12,279 nucleotides of DNA from Alphaproteobacteria bacterium. Its GTDB lineage: Bacteria > Pseudomonadota > Alphaproteobacteria > UBA7887. Below are positions 7,023 to 12,279 of the stretch, piece after piece. Location: NCBI GenBank assembly GCA_965216755.1, contig CBDCGL010000006.1:1-12279 (forward strand), read 5' to 3'. The notes under the pieces were generated by a model. That model was not told the DNA's origin, made no database searches, and worked only from the letters and a program-made list of their open reading frames with translations. Every line of letters starts with the position of its first letter. Position 1 is the first letter of the stretch. Made by a program: the position numbers and the translations under genes.

Positions 7023-7555
7023 AGCAGATTTCGAGATTCTATTCGTCGCGAGGGTCCGCGACGAATACAAAACGGCCGAGTATGCCCCGAGCAAGGTGCC
7101 CTTTTTCCGGATAAGTCTTTGAAAGTCCGTACGAATATCGTTTAGGGATTGAGCGCTTGCGGCGCGCAAGGGCCAAGAACCCGCCAAACAAACCCGCCGC
7201 TGCTCCAAAAATTTCGCGGAGGCAATGGCCGCTAAAGGTCACCGCGATCGCGCGGACTTCCCGCGCAATTTCCGCCTAAATATGGTTCCGGATCAATGAG
7301 TTAGGTCCTCCGGGCCACCCCGAGTACCTGCGAAATCGCCCGCCCACTCACCCACACCCAGGCCGCCGCGCCTTGGCTATTTCAATTGCCCCCAATCGGC
7401 CTTTGATGCCCCAAAACCCGCAGAATTCTGCGCCCTTCCGGAGCCATGCACGCCACGCATACCGACAGTAGCGTCAACATGCTTGAGGTAGTTGACAATT
7501 ATTCGGCTAGAACCCATGTTTATTGCGGGACACAGGCTTGAGAAGGATGGCCACA

Positions 7556-8227
7556 ATGGCTCGAAACCGCCAAAAAGCAGTCGCTTATTTCCGCACATCG
7601 AGCGCCGCGAACGTCGGCGAGGCCAAGGACACGCTTGCCCGGCAGCGCGCGGCGGTAACCGTTTACGCAAAAGCCAACGGCATCGAGATTGTCGGCGAGT
7701 TCTACGATGCCGCGGTCTCTGGCGCCGACCCCGTCGATGCCCGCCCGGGCTTCGCAGAGCTCCTTGGCCGCATTGCAGGCAATGGCGTGGGCATGGTGCT
7801 TGTCGAGGACCCTTCACGCTTCGCCCGTGATCTGATGGTCCAAATGACCGGGCACGAGATGCTTAAGCGAATGTGCGTCGATTTGGTCGCTGTGAACGCC
7901 CCTGAACATTTCCTCGAAGACACTCCCACGGCCACACTGGTCCGGCAGGTCCTGGGGGCAATCAGCCAGTTTGAGAAGGCACAGCTGGTCATGAAGCTCA
8001 AGGCGGCCAGAGACCGCAAGAAGGCCGAGACAGGCCGCTGTGGGGGCCGTAGGCCCGTTCCAGCCGCGACGGTCAAGGAAGCCCGACGCTTGGCGCGTCG
8101 CAACCCCAAGACCGGTAGGGTCCGGTCACTGCGAAGGATCGCCAAGGAGCTCGCGGATCTTGGCCATCTGGGCCCCTCGGGCAACGAGTACGGTGCCGAA
8201 AGCGTCAAACGCATGCTGGCCCGCTGA
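7556..8227 (+). CDS. Small serine recombinase (resolvase/invertase family) with a C-terminal HTH
   Basis: AVAYFRTSS catalytic motif, DAAVSGA, RPGFAELL, VEDPSRFARD, and C-terminal SLRRIAKELADLGH. ATG 7556 has an AAGGA SD; 7547 is an alternative start. Confidence 0.92.
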   Translation: MARNRQKAVAYFRTSSAANVGEAKDTLARQRAAVTVYAKANGIEIVGEFYDAAVSGADPVDARPGFAELLGRIAGNGVGMVLVEDPSRFARDLMVQMTGHEMLKRMCVDLVAVNAPEHFLEDTPTATLVRQVLGAISQFEKAQLVMKLKAARDRKKAETGRCGGRRPVPAATVKEARRLARRNPKTGRVRSLRRIAKELADLGHLGPSGNEYGAESVKRMLAR

Positions 8228-8231
8228 CGTT

Positions 8232-8299
8232 GCCCGTACAGCCACGCTAAGGCATTGATTTGACCTGGGTGCCCGCCACCTCAGCGGCCCTGTACGGGC
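8232..8299. repeat. 10-bp inverted repeat enclosing an exact IHF consensus
   Basis: GCCCGTACAG (8232-8241) / CTGTACGGGC (8290-8299). AATCAATGCCTTA on the minus strand at 8248-8260. Confidence 0.6.
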
Positions 8300-8607
8300 C
8301 TCTGTGGGCCCCGAATTCAGCATAATGCGGCACCGTGCGCGGCCCCCGGCATGCCGGGAAGTCAGGGACCCCTGCACCCAAGAGAGGTCGCCCACGCAAA
8401 GAAAGTGGATTTTTGCGCAAAATCTTCCTGCGTTTTCGACCCGGTCTTTGAATACCGCCGCCCCAGCGCATTCAGATCAAACCCGATCTCGAAATATATC
8501 TGGGGTCAAAATCTCCGAAATCCTCCCGTTTTTCCCCACCCCTGGCCTGCTCGGGCGCTCCTCGTGGATGCCCAATATTCCTATGATCAATATGTACGAT
8601 ATTTCTA

Positions 8608-8636
8608 TTGACTGCATCATTATCCATTGGGACAAT
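8608..8636 (+). promoter_or_regulatory. Putative sigma70 promoter of the rightward operon
   Basis: TTGACT (8608-8613) - 17 nt - GACAAT (8631-8636), with a TGn extension, in an AT-rich patch. Confidence 0.65.
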
Positions 8637-8670
8637 GAGGGGAATATGAAGCGAACAAGGGACGAGATTG

Positions 8671-8991
8671 ATGTTGGCGACTGTCCAGAGTTGGTTCAGT
8701 GGAGAGCTTGAAGAGGGGTCTTGGGACACCTTCCGAGATCGTTTGACTGCGCTCTTCGACGACCCGACGGCAGAGAACGCTGAGGCGATCGTCATTGCAG
8801 CCGACCACCTGTTCAGACAGGCCGACCAGGGAACCAATTCCGGAGTAAAGGTGGCCGATATCGAAGCTGCGGCGCGAGCCCTTGAAACTCTAGCGCTCGA
8901 CCCGTCGGTACCGGATCTGTTGGCCGTCCGGGCGGGCTCGTTGCTCGGCTCACGTCAGGTGTGGAAGCGAGGGCTGCGCCATGGCAGCTGA
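8671..8991 (+). CDS. Hypothetical helical protein, paralogue A
   Basis: First long ORF after the promoter. Aligns with the next ORF. Start uncertain (8668 TTG or 8671 ATG). Confidence 0.8.
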   Translation: MLATVQSWFSGELEEGSWDTFRDRLTALFDDPTAENAEAIVIAADHLFRQADQGTNSGVKVADIEAAARALETLALDPSVPDLLAVRAGSLLGSRQVWKRGLRHGS

Positions 8992-9316
8992 CGTTCACAC
9001 GCCCCCCAATCAGCCGCATGGTGCCGGTGGTGCTGTCGGAGCCGTGGCGCGTAAGGTTTGGCCTGAATTTCACGGTCGCCTGATCGCGTTGCTATCGGAC
9101 CCGACGCCTCTGACTGCCGCCGAGGCAGTGGCCGCTGCGGAATATCTCTTTGCCCTCCGCGATGCCAACACCCATGCCGTCTCCAGCGACGATGTGAAGG
9201 TGGCCGCGGACGCGCTCGCGACCATAGCCCTTCATCCGTCTGTGCCCGACGATGTCGCCCTGCGCGCCGGAATTCTCCTCGATAGCCGCCGCCGTTGGCG
9301 CAGCAAGGAGGGTTGA
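8981..9316 (+). CDS. Hypothetical helical protein, paralogue B
   Basis: Overlaps the previous stop, with a GAGGGG SD. Shares RLxALxxDPT and ALxPSVPDxxAxRAGxLLxSRxxW with paralogue A. Confidence 0.82.
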   Translation: MAADVHTPPNQPHGAGGAVGAVARKVWPEFHGRLIALLSDPTPLTAAEAVAAAEYLFALRDANTHAVSSDDVKVAADALATIALHPSVPDDVALRAGILLDSRRRWRSKEG

Positions 9317-9319
9317 ACG

Positions 9320-9736
9320 ATGGCCGCCCAGATAAGTCCGCAAGCGCCCATGCGACTGATTGACCTGAAGCGGCAGCCCACCGAGGCGGAGTTAGCCCGG
9401 GCTCGCAAGAACGTCTCAGCCAATCCGGTGATCGCGACGGTCGTGTATGAGTTGGTTGAAGTCGAACCACCGTCTTTTGACCGCCATACAAAGCAGACTT
9501 TCCCGGGCAAGCGTTTGGCCGATGTTCGCGCCTACGCCGGCCGAAAGGCTTGGCCGGGCGCCCTGGTCGCCGCCACGGGTGGTCTACCGCCCATCAACGA
9601 TCCGGCCCAATCGCCCGAACTTCGCCGAGTGTTTGAGAATTTGGCCGTGGACGGCTTCACGCACGTGCAGGCCCCCCACTCATACCCGCGTCCAATCTGG
9701 GACGTCATCGATGGCTCCGAACCCTGGGGCCGCTAA
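9320..9736 (+). CDS. Hypothetical protein (138 aa)
   Basis: AAGGAGG SD. Starts 3 nt after the previous stop, in the operon direction. Confidence 0.78.
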   Translation: MAAQISPQAPMRLIDLKRQPTEAELARARKNVSANPVIATVVYELVEVEPPSFDRHTKQTFPGKRLADVRAYAGRKAWPGALVAATGGLPPINDPAQSPELRRVFENLAVDGFTHVQAPHSYPRPIWDVIDGSEPWGR

Positions 9737-9755
9737 CCACTGAAGGAGAAATCCA

Positions 9756-10427
9756 ATGACTACCGAAACACAAACCAAACCGCAAAGGATCGAAGATCAT
9801 CCGGTCCACCAGCAACCTCATGTCAGGCTCTTTGCCCCCTGGCTGCGCTACGTTGACGAGGAGTTGGTGTATGTCATCGGCCGGCTCCGGGGCTCCGTCC
9901 AACGCAACTTCGGTCGTCTAGACCGCGTGCCGGGACCCGACGCGATTGAAAGTGCTGTTGATCACATCGCCAATCAGCGGACCGAGCAGGCTTGCACCGT
10001 TCTCCGCAATGAATGTTCAGGCGATCCGCTACCAGTTGTTACGCAAATTGATGCAGTTTGGTTGCATTTAGCGCAAAATCACTTGATGCCCCGCCAAAAG
10101 GATGAGCCCAAAGCATGGGCCAAGCTGGCGACCAATGCCGTGACCAAGGCTATCGCCGATCTGGTCAATGACGAAATCATGGCCCTCCGCGACCGGAAAA
10201 CCGATCGCGCCGCTCGGCTTGAAGACCAGCGTATCGCCCGGGCCAAGATTGCCGCCAAGACCCTACCGAAGGTCGAAGCATTGATGGCTGAACTTGGCGC
10301 CTTTCGGCAAATCCCAACGCCGCCATTCGTCACGGAAGAGAGTGTCCCCCAAGCCATTGAGGCCTTGGGCGATGTACAGCGCGTTCTGACGCAAGCAGCT
10401 GAACAACCGCCGACTGATAGTCAGTAA
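9756..10427 (+). CDS. Hypothetical alpha-helical/coiled-coil protein (223 aa)
   Basis: GAAGGAG SD. Long charged Ala-rich helix AIADLVNDEIMALRDRKTDRAARLEDQRIARAKIAAK. Confidence 0.82.
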   Translation: MTTETQTKPQRIEDHPVHQQPHVRLFAPWLRYVDEELVYVIGRLRGSVQRNFGRLDRVPGPDAIESAVDHIANQRTEQACTVLRNECSGDPLPVVTQIDAVWLHLAQNHLMPRQKDEPKAWAKLATNAVTKAIADLVNDEIMALRDRKTDRAARLEDQRIARAKIAAKTLPKVEALMAELGAFRQIPTPPFVTEESVPQAIEALGDVQRVLTQAAEQPPTDSQ

Positions 10428-10454
10428 CCAACTAACCAAACGGAGTGACCAAAA

Positions 10455-11207
10455 ATGTCAGAATTTAACAATGAAAATGGCGGTGGCGCCCCAGCCGCAC
10501 CTGGACCGGCCCCAACGCCAACTGAGCCCGCGGCACCAGCGCCTCAGACCATCCGGGCTCGTCCAATCAACGAGGCTCTATCACCTGCCGAGCAACATCT
10601 CCTCCGTGATGCGGCAAAGAACGCGCCCAAGGATTTTGGTGCCGGGATCAAGGCCGCGTGGGAGCAAATCAATGCTGCACAAGCCAACGCACCAACTACT
10701 ATGGTTGATCAATCAAAGCCGGCGCCAGTCCAGGGGACGCCGTATCCACAGGCGCCGGCAGAGGTCCAGGGGGTCAATTTCGACAACCTGGACCTCACTA
10801 ATTCCGAGCAACGTAGCCAGGTTGATCATGCCCTTGCTGAAGCAACCAATGGTGCTTTAACTGTCGGCCAGGTCGAAGGGATTAGCCAGGCGATCGATCT
10901 CATGCCAAGCAAACTCGAAAATCTCTGGCTGGAAAGCGAACAGAACCCCGAGGTCTTCGGCCAAAAGCTGACGGAGGTGATTGAACAAGGCGACGACCGG
11001 GTGCGGGAGACTGTGTACGGTGGCAGCGCCGACGCTTTCAAGGCGGGCATGGCTGAGATCAGTTCCGCTCTCGACAATATCGGCGCGAGTAATGAGCTCC
11101 GAGCTCAGATTAACGAGAGCCTAGTCTTGTCGGATGTCCGTGGCCACACTCAAATGCTCGCACTTGCACGCGTCGTCAACAAGCGGACGGCCCATGCTGC
11201 CGATTGA
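10455..11207 (+). CDS. Hypothetical protein, capsid-scaffolding-like (250 aa)
   Basis: GGAG SD. Pro/Ala-rich disordered N-terminus and acidic helical body. The scaffolding function is an inference. Confidence 0.7.
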   Translation: MSEFNNENGGGAPAAPGPAPTPTEPAAPAPQTIRARPINEALSPAEQHLLRDAAKNAPKDFGAGIKAAWEQINAAQANAPTTMVDQSKPAPVQGTPYPQAPAEVQGVNFDNLDLTNSEQRSQVDHALAEATNGALTVGQVEGISQAIDLMPSKLENLWLESEQNPEVFGQKLTEVIEQGDDRVRETVYGGSADAFKAGMAEISSALDNIGASNELRAQINESLVLSDVRGHTQMLALARVVNKRTAHAAD

Positions 11208-11382
11208 CCGGGATCATGTCTGGGCGAAATTCTGGACCTTCCTTCGCGCACGGGCTCCACGATCTCCCGCAGGAGCTGTCTCCCACGTCCAAAACCTTCT
11301 AAGGGACGAGCGCAAGCGAAAAGCACGGGCGAGAGCAGAGCGTAAGGCGCAGCGCAAGTTGATGAAAGCTAACAATGAGTGA
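11194..11382 (+). CDS. Small basic hypothetical protein (62 aa)
   Basis: ATG 11194 overlaps the upstream stop, and its own stop overlaps the next ATG. K/R-rich C-terminal helix. Confidence 0.6.
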   Translation: MLPIDRDHVWAKFWTFLRARAPRSPAGAVSHVQNLLRDERKRKARARAERKAQRKLMKANNE

Positions 11383-11797
11383 GGGAGCCGAACGTCTATT
11401 CGGGGCTGAGCCGGACATTGGCCAATGGCACCAACCCGAGCGGACGACTGAACAAAACCTATGGGCCGCCGTCCTCGTTCAGATGGTTGAAGATGGGCTT
11501 TCGGCGAAACCTTTGGGGCCTCATGATCACGACCGACGTATTGCCCGCAGTTGGTTCACGGACCCAGGTTTCTCGAAAGATTTCGCCATGGTGTGCGATA
11601 TGGCGGGCTTTGACCCGCAGTTCATCCGTGATCGGTTTAAGAATTTACTGGCAGAGCAAGAGGGCAATCCAACACCTCACAAACCTGGCTCACGCGTCCG
11701 GAGGATCAGCCGGCCGCCCTCAGTGTTCACTATCACTTCGATGCCTAAGCAGTCGGCGAGCCCGCTGGCACTTACGTCTCCGCAATCCTCGCTTTGA
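11375..11797 (+). CDS. Conserved phage-type hypothetical protein (possible regulator)
   Basis: Pattern EQNLWAAVLVQMVED...ARSWF...DFAMVCDMAGFDPQFIR, recalled from phage hypothetical proteins. The last ~40 aa are low complexity. Confidence 0.75.
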   Translation: MSEGAERLFGAEPDIGQWHQPERTTEQNLWAAVLVQMVEDGLSAKPLGPHDHDRRIARSWFTDPGFSKDFAMVCDMAGFDPQFIRDRFKNLLAEQEGNPTPHKPGSRVRRISRPPSVFTITSMPKQSASPLALTSPQSSL

Positions 11798-11934
11798 CCA
11801 ATCGCCTGGGCGACTGCGCCGGACGGTATGGTCAGGCAGGCCGGGTCCTCAATGTCACATTCAGGTTTCAATTCGCCAAGTGGCAGGCCATTCATGGTCA
11901 CCAGCAACGTGGCGTAGGTGATCAGCTCAAGCAT
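11677..11934 (-). CDS. Small acidic Cys-containing hypothetical protein coupled to the integrase (85 aa)
   Basis: The ATG overlaps the integrase stop by 8 nt. Hydrophobic N-terminus and 4 Cys. Overlaps the tail of the opposite-strand gene by 121 nt. Confidence 0.45.
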   Translation of the reverse strand: MLELITYATLLVTMNGLPLGELKPECDIEDPACLTIPSGAVAQAIGQSEDCGDVSASGLADCLGIEVIVNTEGGRLILRTREPGL

Positions 11935-12277
11935 TGTTCAATTCCAATCCTGGGTACTTCACAGCTTCCACCACTTCCCGCAATGCCGGCAGATCTACGC
12001 CGGCAGGGTTATAGACGCCGTAAGTGAATGATCGTTCATGGCCAACAATCAGTGCCGCGCGGTCCCGATCGATCCCGGCCCGCTCCAGGGCATTGACGAA
12101 ACACTTCCTGAATGAATGGAACACCAACCGATCGCGCGTGACGCCGCGCTGGCGGCGGAACGCGGGGAACCGGCGCGACAGGCTGTATGCCCGCTTGTTG
12201 TCTGGCCCGCCTGGTTTCAAACCGGGCCAGAGTGGCCCTGAGCCGATCGCGGCCACGTATTCCAACACACCAAGGTC
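11927..12277 (-). CDS. int: Tyrosine recombinase/phage integrase, C-terminal part (5' end outside the window)
   Basis: HSFR (HxxR), VGH and TYGVY catalytic motifs. The frame is open to the window edge (DLGVLEYV). Confidence 0.92.
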   Translation of the reverse strand, partial: DLGVLEYVAAIGSGPLWPGLKPGGPDNKRAYSLSRRFPAFRRQRGVTRDRLVFHSFRKCFVNALERAGIDRDRAALIVGHERSFTYGVYNPAGVDLPALREVVEAVKYPGLELNNA

Positions 12278-12279
12278 GA

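Larger units (their letters stand above)
6726..7067. repeat. Iteron array (CGCGACGAAT in both orientations); putative replication origin
   Basis: Forward copies at 6743, 6819, 6985 and 7057, a 9/10 copy at 6753 and a partial at 6974. Reverse copies (ATTCGTCGCG) at 6727, 6949 and 7041. The 27-bp unit TATTCGTCGCGAGGG(G/T)CCGCGACGAAT occurs at 6726 and 7040. AT-rich spacers. Confidence 0.85.
1..12279. mobile_element. Integrated phage-satellite-like element (PICI/P4-like); boundaries not resolved and right end outside the window
   Basis: Tyrosine integrase, Xis/AlpA-like HTH divergent from a regulator, primase-helicase fusion, iteron array, resolvase and TA cargo occur together. No recognisable capsid, portal, TerL or tail gene. 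Confidence 0.75.

Noticed and set aside
6726-7067. CRISPR array
   Set aside because: The repeats are only 10 bp, in mixed orientation and irregularly spaced, and there are no cas genes.
6921-7242. Short ORFs 6921-7145, 7020-7208 and 7039-7242
   Set aside because: They run through iterons and IHF sites, with no protein-like composition.
7556-8227. IS607-family transposon
   Set aside because: There is no N-terminal MerR-like HTH and no downstream tnpB. The HTH is C-terminal, as in resolvases.
8126-8711. ORFs 8126-8395, 8247-8471, 8304-8711 and 8351-8611
   Set aside because: Mutually overlapping, with no motifs or clear SD. The region is better explained as regulatory DNA.

Overview
The window looks like most of an integrated phage-satellite-like (PICI/P4-like) element. 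The host is probably an alphaproteobacterium, which is an inference from the protein families and high GC. From left to right it holds: a HigB/HigA-type toxin-antitoxin pair with twin operators; membrane-protein cargo; a leftward operon (Xis/AlpA-like HTH, then a Prim-Pol/PriCT/AAA_25 primase-helicase, then two hypotheticals); a divergent Arc-like (RHH) regulator; a symmetric iteron/IHF/hairpin origin; a small serine resolvase; a rightward operon of unknown proteins; and the 3' end of a tyrosine integrase cut by the window edge. The rightward operon includes two tandem paralogues and a scaffolding-like protein. No major capsid, portal, large terminase or tail gene is visible. The best new signals are a predicted ~65-nt antisense RNA over the primase start region, the origin architecture, and the unknown 'late' operon. 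All assignments are by eye, and no database search was run.
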